NCBI GenBank assembly: GCA_976226885.1
Contig: OZ320321.1
Span: forward strand, 59,272,001 to 59,336,000
Source of the DNA: Iphione sp. A-MEVVRFRX5
Taxonomy: Eukaryota
Direction: 5' to 3'
DNA: 64,000 nucleotides
A program made the position numbers and the translations under genes. Each line of letters begins with the position of its first letter. Positions within the stretch are counted from its first letter, which is position 1. This document shows positions 10,084 through 21,123 of this stretch, piece after piece. The notes beneath the pieces were generated by a model. The model saw only the letters and a program-made list of their open reading frames with translations, was not told the origin of the DNA and did no database searches.

Positions 10084-11253
10084 TTACTGGCCTTTGGGCT
10101 GAGACTTGGGTGCTAGGCCCAGCCCCTTCCCGTTTCCCGGATTGCTATCCGAGTTGTCAAGTGGGCTTCGGTAGGAGGTACTGTTCTTGTAGTCCTGGCC
10201 ATTGCGGTTTGCTTTGTACCTGCCCTGCTGTTTGGGCCCCTGTTGGCTCGTCCCCGGCTTGTGTCTGGGGTAGGGGCCTCCCCAGTTGTTGGTGTTTCCG
10301 TTCTTAGCCTTGAACTTCCCTCCTGCTTTTCCTTTGTCGAACCTGCGCGAGAACTTCTCGTCCTCCTCCAGATCCTTGCATTTTTGTCTAAAGTCATTGC
10401 CAAACAAGAACTCCGCTGACGCCGACGCCTCGTCCACTAACTTTTTGTACGTGTCGGGCAAACCCATTTTGACCTCCTGGCGCCGGGTTTTCAGGAGCTC
10501 CGCCCTGTTACTTGCCTCCAAGTTTACCGTGTCAGTCACCAACTTGAGTATGTCCCTGACCCACGGGTGTTCTCTTTCTTTCTTGATAAGAGCCTCGCAG
10601 ATACGTGTCAACACTGTAAAAATGGTATTTGAGTTGTGCATGTGCCGTTGTAAGAGTTTGTCCCTGTTGCGTCCCACGGGATGCATGTGGAGCCAGAGGG
10701 CCGAATTCAACTTTGGTACCTGAAGTTGTTGGAGGTTACTTGGTCTGGCATATTTCTCTCTGAGAGCCTTGATAGCTTCAGCGTCGAGGGGTTTGTCAAC
10801 TCGGCCTCCGAAGAACTTTGCCACTCTGCTGTGGGTAGGTGCCGACACTGACTTGTCTTGGTTGATGTTTCGGGCCAATTCCTCAAAAAATTCGCCGTCT
10901 TCTACGTCCCCCGGTTCTGAGAGTGAGGGCATTTCCGAATCTTCGGGCAATGACCCGAGCAGCCCTTCGTTAGAGAAGGAAGAGATGGTGGACGCTTGGT
11001 CCCTCAGCATCCTGTCGATTGATGGCGCGAAACTGCTACTGCGTCTGCTGCCTGCCACCGCGGACGAGGTGCGTTCCACAGCCGACAGCCGTGCCCCCAG
11101 GTCATGGATAGCTCCTAAAACTTGCGAGAGTGTATCCTCATTAGTTTTTTGGCGGCGTGGTGCGGATCTTTCATCCTGAAAGTTCGCCCGAATAGCTTCG
11201 TTAACATCAGAGTCACTAGAGGAAGCCTGTCCCGCCTCGTGTTCGTCCGGCAT
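10084..11253 (-). CDS. DIRS gag-like ORF1
   Basis: ATG in GCCACCATG context at 11253 gives ~389 aa, matching the 391-aa ORF of copy 2. Shared motif [33 protein letters not shown]. Confidence 0.85.
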   Translation of the reverse strand: MPDEHEAGQASSSDSDVNEAIRANFQDERSAPRRQKTNEDTLSQVLGAIHDLGARLSAVERTSSAVAGSRRSSSFAPSIDRMLRDQASTISSFSNEGLLGSLPEDSEMPSLSEPGDVEDGEFFEELARNINQDKSVSAPTHSRVAKFFGGRVDKPLDAEAIKALREKYARPSNLQQLQVPKLNSALWLHMHPVGRNRDKLLQRHMHNSNTIFTVLTRICEALIKKEREHPWVRDILKLVTDTVNLEASNRAELLKTRRQEVKMGLPDTYKKLVDEASASAEFLFGNDFRQKCKDLEEDEKFSRRFDKGKAGGKFKAKNGNTNNWGGPYPRHKPGTSQQGPKQQGRYKANRNGQDYKNSTSYRSPLDNSDSNPGNGKGLGLAPKSQPKGQ

Positions 11254-12751
11254 GGTGGCTAAGATGGCGACCGTTCCCTTGCGGGTCCGCGCGGAAAAAA
11301 CGTCCGATAGCACAGAAAACGGACTATGACCTCCCCGTAAAAGGTGGTCCAGGGAAACGTAAGCCCCAAGCACTAAAAGATGAAACAATCTTGGGTGTCA
11401 CCAGGCAACAGAAAAACCCGATGGTGATTGATAATCTTCAACGAAAAAACGGTTCCTGTATCCACCTGGCGAGTTCGTACTTTCACTGATGTCCACCAGA
11501 TGGCAGACGTCACATCTCCCTTGGTCGACACGTAGTGACGAACAGCGGAACTAACTAAGTATGCTCTCCCTCACTACCATGACGCTCATGCTTCACACAG
11601 CACAGATGAAAGTTAACTGCACATGCATATCCTCCGGCAAATACAATTCTGAAAGCACTGAAACGTAGTTTTTGAAGTCCCTGACCAGAATGGGTTTTTT
11701 TTCACTAGTATATTTCAATATCTCTCTTAGCAGCAAACTCCTCTCGGCATCTGGTCAGGTCATCTGCCTGGCTTAGTTTTAGGTGTACGGCTACGATAAC
11801 GAGGTGAATCGGTGGGTGGGTTAATAATACGACAAGAAACCTCCTTCCATACTTGAGCACCATATTGATCAATCATAGCGTGAACTCGAATCTGCCTCGA
11901 ACAGAGCCGTCTTGGCCGCCCGTCGTAGAGGACCTCTACACTTGACTCTCATTGAGAACCAAGCAGTTCTGTTCGGTGGTTTGTTTCAAGTATTATCGCT
12001 TCAACATACGAAAATCACATCGGGGAAGGGGGAGGGACGGGGAGTTATGCCAAGAGGTCACACGATAAACACATTCACAAAAGAAAAACTAAACCAGAGA
12101 AAAGATTGGTTTCAACATCAAATCTATGAACACGATTTTTTTTTGTTCTAAAAAAGTTGCCTCATAAAAACTGTGAGGAACACGTTTCTTGTACCATGCC
12201 TTCTAGGCAAGAACTTAAAACCATCTTCCCCAGAAACTCAAATATAGTTAGCCTACTTTTGCAACTTCATGACTATGCCTTGAACCACAAAAGGTGCGAA
12301 AAATTCCCCTTTCATAGATCATCTGACGGGGCACACCCTGTTCAAAGTCTGACATCCTTTCATGTTCAGGTGGACATGTCACCCAGTCATCCTGACCCAA
12401 TGTGGTTTTAGCTTAAACGGGTCGACAGTGGCGCGCCTAGAAGTACGATTCAGCACTACTACCACAACAGCTACATATCCTGCGTCTCCTCGACCTCCGT
12501 CTCCTTGACCTTGTCCTCGTTCCGAATTTCACATAGGGCTGTTTTGTTGCTTTGTGGCAAATACGTTTTGTTGTTCAGTTTAGATCCGACCAGCAAGACA
12601 CGCGTGGGGACTACCTCGACCACACCCGCTTGTCGAAGTACCTTGATCGCAGAGGAGGTGATGACGGTGGGAAGGTGGGAGGGCGTTGGGGGGGCGGGGG
12701 TTGTACGCAGCGATCGTCTCGGTGGGCGGGTCGTCGGGCGGCAAGGCTCGC

Positions 12752-15700
12752 TTAGAACTCATCATGGCGGGTGAGCGCCTCGCCAAAGTCGGTCGCTTGA
12801 CTGCCGACGAACAGGTCGTACTTGTTCACCACCTCCTCCTTCGTCAGGGAGCCGTCCTGTCCAAGCGAATGGAACCAAAGTTTATAGGAAATCAGTTATG
12901 ATTTTCGTCGAGGGAAACCCGTTCCATCGTCAGTTTAAAGCCACACTACTGATTGTTTTCTAATCGCAAAATCGAATAGCATAGTATCTCCACAAAGATT
13001 AAAAGAAAGTATAACTACAGTGGACACGTACTACATCGAAGTGAACAGTATCTCAAAGGGTTAAAAGAAAACATAACTAGAATGCATGCGTATTGCATAT
13101 GTGGGGGTAGGTTAATTACTATTCCCTAAGGGATGGACGAGGCATACATATACATTTATACAGATTAATAGTTTCGCTATCCTGGGTATCCTGGGAAGGA
13201 GGTGGTGACGTTACTGGGTTATACAGCTTCTTTGTTCTAATGCAAATCCACCAAAGTACAGCAAGCAAGCGACAGTAAAGCGATGATAATGTTGACTTTT
13301 TTTGAAAATTTGAAATGTGACCTAACACTCCGAGCGAGGGGACTGAGTTGATCAGCAAGCGGCTTAGACTATGGTGTGGGGGGGGGGGCAGTGCTGCATG
13401 CAAAGAACAAGCGATCAGGTACATGTCTACGGAGTAAATCCTTCCTTAAAGGCCATAAGAGAGTCAGCTGGGGATCAATATGAATAGCGGATGGGTTCTT
13501 GATCAATCTTAATTATCAATGACAGCAAATTTATCAACATTTTTCACTGAATGGCACCGGGGCATACAATCCAGGAGCAGCACAATGCTAACTGGTATTG
13601 AAAGAGAAGACTAGACTAACCAAAAATAAAAATAAGCGGCATTATCGATCAGCTGCGATTGACCGAAATTCAAATTTCTCTGCCATATAAATTAGTTTCA
13701 GGAGACTTGCCAGCTAAATATCTGAAAGCATCTGAAAGCAATTTAATGTTATTACTTTGCAAATGTTCTGAAATACGAAAAAATGCATGACCATTCAGTA
13801 GCACTTGATACTTGTTTCGGACCTTAATACTGTTAAAATCAACGTCTTCAGTATTTCCCTACTTAAGACTAACTGTTTTAAATTAATATCTCTCCTACAG
13901 CAACGGAAAGATTTACTTTACTACTCCAACGAATAGACTTAGATAGAGTGGTACAGTCAACCCTCTATAACCTACAGCACTCTGTTGCAGCTGATATTAC
14001 CGGTTCTATATGAAAAGTTGGTTATCGAGTGTTTAACACTAAAGACAGGGAGACTGACTGGATTTATCATGGTCGGATATACAAGTCTTGCGGCTTATCA
14101 GGTGCTCGGTTACTGTGGGGTGACTGTAATTGTTGGCAGATAGAGCCAGCTACTTCCAGAAGACGGCCACCATCAGAAATCAGAGGAGGAAGCTTGTTAA
14201 TTAAGACCACTACACGAAGGGGTTATTTCCGTACCAGTCGGTGCCTTGGGAGATTAGACGTTAGGCGCAATGTTAGCTCAAGCGAGTTAGTATCATATAG
14301 TAATAAACTGCCTGAAAACTCTCATGCGTACTTAAAATTATATTAAACTAAGTATTTAACTATCTCGACTACCTTCCCAATTTTCCACCCGAACTGTCCA
14401 ATTATCTACTTTAGAACCTTTGGATGAACTCAAGCAACACGTAATCCAACTAAGTTACATTTCTCTATCATGATAGATTATAGGATGTATTGATTTCTGA
14501 ACAGAAACGTATTAAGAAGGCGCACAATTACGTACAAAACATAATATCCTTATCTGATGTAATATTTTCACGATATTAATATGCCAGACAAATCATACTT
14601 ATCAAGGAAGTTGACCTTAAAACAAACAACTAAAAGGTAACAACCAAACGGTAGCTTTGCAACCTTACATTAGAACGTGACACAAAGGTGCACAGGGAAA
14701 ATTAATTCTGATTACTGGGGATAAACCACCTCGGTATATGACTAGAGTACTGAATATTTCCTCACACTCAAACAGCAATAAAGCACCACATCTTCGAACA
14801 CTGATCCGTCACTTCCAAAACAGAAAACGAAAAATGCCCCGAACCACATGCAGGATGACGTGTGCTCATTCTGACGGCGTGGTGTTAGTAACGGAAAGCC
14901 AGGCAACCCACCAAGGCAAGCACGCCGAACTTTCCAGCCCGTGCGTCAAGAACAGCGGTCAAGAACATTATCTTTGATCGCCGTACTCAACCCCTCTTCA
15001 GGGCTGAAGAAGCCGCATCTTTTGTCGGTTTTACGCCCACCAACACTTCAGCACCCTAAGCTCCTCATGCCCCAGACCCACAGACGTATTATATGCACGC
15101 ACAGCTGCTTCTGCCCGCACCCCCGCCAGGCTCCGTGTGACTTTTGCCCGTCCACCTACCCGGTCCTGATCAGATTCGAGTATCAAGTGCTTGGCCTCGG
15201 CCTCTGAGTGGTCATAGTCGGCTGGAATGATCCAGTCGGCCACCTCTTTCTTGTCCATCTTGCCGTCCTTGTTCTTGTCGCGGAAGGTGGTGAACTGCTC
15301 GCGCTCGGTCCGCACCCACTCGGGCTCCTCGCCGGCCTCGTCCCTGTTGGGCCACATGTCATCTGGTGCAGCATACAAGGCAGCGGTCAGAAGGTAAGCA
15401 AACACACACGCACACACGCGCGCGTGCGTACATTCCAGTGTAAGCCCACCTAGGCAGGCTGTGAGTGGCTCACAGAGCGACTCTGAACGACCTACTCTGT
15501 ATCCTGGAGCTCTTCTTCCAGGGCTGTCGGTGGAGAAGTACCGGTCTTAGTAGGTCCCGTAACCAATGACCGGGGCCAGTCCTCGATTCTTGAATTTCCT
15601 CATTTAATTCGTATGGATATATATACACAAACGTTCTCTGTGATTCAATTGAAATAGTAAAAACTGTTCTGTTCATAGCCAAAGAGGACTGACACTTCGC

Positions 15701-18700
15701 ATTTGCACGGGACACTAAGTATCACCGGAACATGAGTCAGCTGAAATACTCAAAATGGTCGATATTAATATCACGAAAAAACAAAAGGAAATCGCTGCAA
15801 AACGAAATGATTCTTGATATTAGTAGAATCGGCACGGCCACAGTCTGAAACTGTTCTGAAAGAGAAAACACGACCAGACTGGGTCTGAAGTGTTTGAAGA
15901 CTGACCAAGGAAGCTGGACGGCAAAAGGGAAAAGGTAGCATGAGAAGAGGAGAAGCACTGGCACCCGCTGAAAACTGCTGTTTGCGGGCAGCCCTGCAAG
16001 CATGTTATTTACAACACACCTGGTCCTTGTCCGCCTCGCGCATCAGGTGCTCGGCTTCGGCGTGGACGTGGTCGAAGTCCTCGGGGAGGATCCAGTCGAG
16101 GATCTCCTGGTGGTCGAGGAAGCCGTCGCCGTCCTTGTCGCGCTGGGTGGCGAACTGGTCCTTCTCGTTGCGCACCCAGTCGGGCCTCTCGTCGTCGTCC
16201 TCGTCGTCATCGTCCGTGCCTGGGTAAATGTCCCCTTAAGTGCAGATGGTGCGAATTCCCCGCCGCGCCAGAGGGAAACGCGAGAGAAGCGAGTCAGCAA
16301 CAAAAATTACACAGAGCATGAACCCGACTCTATAAACCTCACCCACCTCTACGAAGACGGCCACAGAGAGCTGATCTCCACACTGCTCATAATTGTCATA
16401 AAAGCATAGGGTTTCTGTACTTCTCTTTGTTTTCCTTTTTGCGACCTATTATGCTAATGTCAATCGTCCGGGGAATACTGAAAGTGGCATATATGTCTGC
16501 CTTCATATAGAATAAAGAACATCCATTGCTTTTCTGTATATTTGTTCTTTGAAAATGCTAATTCTACTTGAATTCATCTCTCTTAAAATCAACCCGCATA
16601 TGTTCGAGTGGATAGAAGCTGCATCCAATGCAGGAAATCAGATTCTTTGGAACTAACAGCATTATCTTCAGTAAACGATGGACGAAGAAAGGCTAAAACA
16701 AAATTAGAAAATGTGTGAAGGGTTCTTCCAAGTAACCTTTCGATGAAAAAATACAAACATACTGTATGTTGAAACTGTTTGTTATAAGGAATACTAAAAT
16801 CGCCATATAGTCTTAGAGCCAGATCAGGATAGTTGTGTGGATTTTGAGATGCTAATCTGAAACAATACTAGGACACATGTAATGTAATGCACGTTCATTT
16901 CTTGAGACCTTTCTCAAGGATGTTCACATGTGAGAAACTAGGTCATGCAGACAGGGCTCTGAAATCTTTAGTTATCACCCTTGAAACCCATGGAAGTTAT
17001 TTGTTTCAAGACTTTAACATTAAGTTTGCTTGAAGCAAATTATATACAGCAAAGTGCTTTTTTCATTTTGATTTCTATCCACCAACCATATTAAATAATT
17101 CTGAATGCTGTGTGAATTTCTCAACACATAGCATTTTTTTTTTCATAGCATTTTTGGATGTTTTTTTCCCAATCCTTTTCATAGTAAAGAAGGCTGATAA
17201 TCTTACATGCATAATCAAACACAAGTCCAGGACCCCAGTTTACTTTCACTGTCTGAAATGTTCCATGTATAAACCTTCAAAAATACAAAGTCTGGCAAAT
17301 GTCCTGTATTTGTTTTTTAGTCCAACATCCTAAATTTTAGAAAACCAGATATTCTGATGACAAATATGACAAACATTGTTGATAATTACCGATGTACTCC
17401 TCTAGACTGATGAGATTATCCTTATCTTTGTCAATGTCTTCAAGTGTTTCCTAGATAAAAGAAAGAACACGCTCGTTACTATAATGAATAATTGGTGAAA
17501 GTGATTAAAACTACTACTATTAACACTGACGTCAAGTTAAAAATACAATATAAAAACTCAATGAGGGGGAGGTCTAGTCCTTAGTGGTACAGCTGACAAC
17601 TGCATGGCCGATGTCCTTACTGGGTCGACTAGGGTTCTGTTCGACTTATAAGATCCCGTTAGACCCACTATGGCGTTTCATTATCTATGTGGGTGAGCAG
17701 CAAGATAAAAGCGAAATGATTTTACATATGGCAGGGGCCAACACTTAAACGGGAGATTGGGCTTGAGCAGCATTCACGGGAAAACAAATTAATAATCTGA
17801 AGAAACCCAAGCCGAAAGGTGTGAACTGAAGGTACACCTTAGACAAACAGTCTTATTTTCAGCGAAAATTCCTGAACCCCCCCCCCCCCCACCACCATCC
17901 CCCCACACACACACACAAATAGGAGAAGAAGCTAAGGACAACGACCAGTTCCCTCTGGTTGTTCCATACCTCGACAACAATGTCTCTCATGTGCTCTGCC
18001 TCCTCCGGGTGCAGGAAGAAGGCGAACTCCTCCTGGGAGAGAAGCCCATCCTTGTCCCCGTCCGCCTTGTCCCATCGCCTCCGGTCGCGCCGTACCATGT
18101 CTTTGTAGTTGTAGTCATCGCCCTTATCATTGTCACTCTCTGTGCAAATGGGAAGAACATACATCGTCTTAATTCTGGCCAGAGCTTTTAAAGCTTCATA
18201 TAATTACTTAAGGTATAGTACAATGTACAGTCGCACCTTATAGACACAGAAACGATCCACGATTCCTCCACCATCATAGTCAAGTTTAACAATTGATTTT
18301 CGGTTTTCATAAGGATATTACTGAGAAAGAGTCATTTCTGAATTCACTTCCCCTTACAGTGTGCCTTTTTTTTTTTTTTTTTTTTACTGAGACTCCTGTT
18401 CTACTCTTTGAAGGGCAGTCAGGCAACTTGGTTTAGGCATCCATCGCGACATTTTCGGCAAACTAACACACACATTCTGGTCCGAGGGTCATGTGTCACC
18501 ATGATACCCCCCTCCCCCCCCGCGAACCCCTTTGGGATGGGGAACCCAAGATGCGAACTTAAAAGTAAGTTATACTGCGTATTTTGCACTGCTTATGCAT
18601 AGCTGCTGAACAGGTTTTATAGGTAGAGAAAATTAAACTTGAAGACGCAAAAAACTGAAAATCTTACCGTCAATATTTCCGTATGTTCTAGACTTGTAAT

Positions 18701-19516
18701 TGTCCCATGAAAGTTTTCCATCTTCTATTGTGTGCTCTTTCCATTGCCTTTCTGTATCTTCGTGGATGTATTTATTTTGCACGTACTTGATCCACTCTCG
18801 AAGTTCCTCTTGTGTCACTTGGCCATTACTATCTTTATCAATTTTGTCATAAATTTTCCTATAAATGGAGGAAATTTTATTCCGCATTATTTTTATTTTA
18901 AAAAACTGTGTAGCCTCTACATCATAACATGTGATCCAGCCTGTATAAGACATATTCATCCCTAAAGTAAAGAGCGTGCGACATCTACAATAAGCACATC
19001 AATCAGCACCAAAAAAATGTCATAACAACAACTCACCCCAGCCGCTCTTTGCTCTGCTCTGGCGTTAAATCTTCGAATGTACGAGCCTCGTCACGGCCGA
19101 GGAAAGCTTCATGATCATATTCAGGATTATGTTCTTCGTCATCACCAAAATGGTCCTTGTCACTTAGCTCCTGATGAGGTCAGACAAAAGTACATTGCAT
19201 TAGCACAGAAGTAGAATTTACACTTCACATGCTTCACTAAGGGCAACACTTCAAATTGCCTATCTTCTATTTATTTTCATATACAAATGTGATGCGCGGA
19301 AAACTACAGCCGCGTTTTACACCATGCTTAGTGCCATATGGTACTTGGGGCAAGATCAAAGCTGCGCATAATGATGGTAACAGTTTTTTTCACCTTATCA
19401 ATGACTCGGTCCTTATGGTCATCTGGTTTGGGGATTGCAACAGACAGAGTGGTAGCGGCAAGGCCTAGCACCACGACCATAACATACAACTTCATCGTGC
19501 TGCTATATTCAAACAT
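12752..19516 (-). CDS. CALU: Calumenin/reticulocalbin (CREC EF-hand ER protein), spliced
   Basis: Exons 19394-19516 (signal peptide; alternative ATG 19495), 19037-19170 (DHEAFLG), 18668-18858, 17970-18139, 17390-17450, either 16020-16234 or 15160-15362, and 12752-12856 (ends [10 protein letters not shown]). All junctions are GT-AG with consistent phases. Confidence 0.93.
13954..14126. mobile_element. Short TA-flanked MITE in the last calumenin intron
   Basis: TA-CAGTCAACCCTCTATAACC at the left end and GGTTACTGTGGGGTGACTG-TA at the right end form a degenerate TIR. Confidence 0.6.
15160..15362 (-). CDS. CALU: Calumenin alternative exon B (canonical-like)
   Basis: 203 nt, phase 1 to 0: (D)[23 protein letters not shown]...[12 protein letters not shown]...ESDQDR, with CAG acceptor and GTAGGT donor. 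Confidence 0.9.
16020..16234 (-). CDS. CALU: Calumenin alternative exon A (divergent, acidic)
   Basis: 215 nt, phase 1 to 0: (G)[26 protein letters not shown]...[12 protein letters not shown]...EADKDQ, with AAG acceptor and GTGTGT donor. Confidence 0.85.
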
Positions 19517-21123
19517 CTGAAAAAAAAATGGAGAAATATTTCAACCCAATGAACTAGGGTGGAATCTGTAGTTGCTGTAGTCAAGTAAACCTCGTTGAAT
19601 ATTATAAGCAGATTTAGCCATTGGGTGAATAACAAAATGATATATTCTTAAAAATGAACGTACTAAAGAGCATGCCATTGACGAAACAATTTCCTATACA
19701 TAAATGTACTTCACGGTCTCAATCAGATACCTGTACACGGTCTACATGAAGTGAGCGAAAAAACAAATGAACTGGATGAAGTACATATACGCATTCTTTA
19801 TCCAACAAATGCCACGCCATTCTTACTATGACCTTGTTTTATATTCATGTGAGAGACAACAAATTACAACGAAGGGAGAAGCAGAAAACACCAGTAGAAA
19901 TGTGTTAAAATAAACATGCATTCTACTAATACAATACCAAATATTCCAGTTTGAAGGTAACATCATCCAAAGGAAATACTGAGCCACGTTTTATTAACAC
20001 AACAGAAATATTCAGTTTAGTTTTCACTGACTATTATCTAATGGGTCATTCTTAAAGAACTATGATTCATTCAAATCTTTTTGTACAAAAATACGAAAAT
20101 GTGTCTGTCCTTCGTTCCGCATAGCTCACTGGTGCCTTACAGATATACATTTCTCTTTAAATGTGTTATTTACGGACGTTCCTGTACTTCATTAGTGTTA
20201 AAGGTTGCTTAGTAATTTCTGCAAATATACATCCTACAAAGCAATGATAATCTTTCGGCTCCGCAGTACAAAATTTCATGTACTGTCACTTCAAACAGGT
20301 GGCGGGACAAGGTAATTAAAACTGGATGTGCTTTAAGAATTCTTCAGTGTAAAGTTTCAAGGCATGTTACAGTGGATGATATATAAGATGTTCCTTTCGC
20401 TTTGTTCAAACTCTTTTGGAAGTGTGAGTAAAGGTGTGAACAGATGGACAGGAAAAGTGAGGGCATTTATATTTTTCCCATGACGTTTGAATATATAAAA
20501 CAAAACAATAAATATGTTTACGTGACAGCACAGTTCGTGTTCTTTACATGCACAAGAAATCAGTTATTGATTGAAGGATGATTACCTACAACCATTCTCC
20601 AGGAAATCACTTTCACTTCTTTCCCTCTTGTATACAGACCTGGTAAAGTACTGTAACATTTTGAAAAACAAAAGAAATTTAGTATGTTTCGGACTGAATA
20701 GCATCTTCCAAAAATGCTGGTAAAATATTCAAAATTTCACCCTCGTGTCATTTTGTCCCCCAATAACAAATATACAGGTACTGTAAAGTTTATCAAGCTC
20801 CCCTATCTCCTCCTAAAGTGTAATCACTGACATTCACTGTCAGGGAATGCCCCAGCTAGCACATCAGATTTCCACACCATTTAAGAACATGGAACGGTTC
20901 TACCAAGGCAAAATAATGTTGTATCAGCTGCGTGGGAGTACACTGGAAATTATAGGATCATCTCAAACACTCTATTGTCTCCCCTTATAGCTGCCCTACC
21001 TATTCATTTGTGAAAATACATTCATTTACACACAGATATGCACCATAATATGCCTTAGAGATAATATAAAAAATGCCATTTTTTTCCCTCAGAAATATAC
21101 GTTTAAAATGTAGCTTCCTACAC

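Larger units (their letters stand above)
6594..11554 (-). mobile_element. Full-length DIRS1-like tyrosine-recombinase retrotransposon (copy 1), apparently intact
   Basis: Gag, RT-RNaseH-methyltransferase and YR ORFs are uninterrupted. The ICR (6859-6983) is perfectly complementary to the 3' terminal extension (6594-6681, 88 bp) and to the 5' terminus (11516-11554). Short ITR ~6677-6714 versus ~11485-11522. TAA core at both junctions, no TSD. Confidence 0.95.

Noticed and set aside
10086-10125. H-type pseudoknot after the DIRS slippery site (GGCCU/AGGCC second stem)
   Set aside because: Loop lengths (0 and 2 nt) are sterically implausible and the pairing is absent in copy 2. A simple hairpin is better supported.
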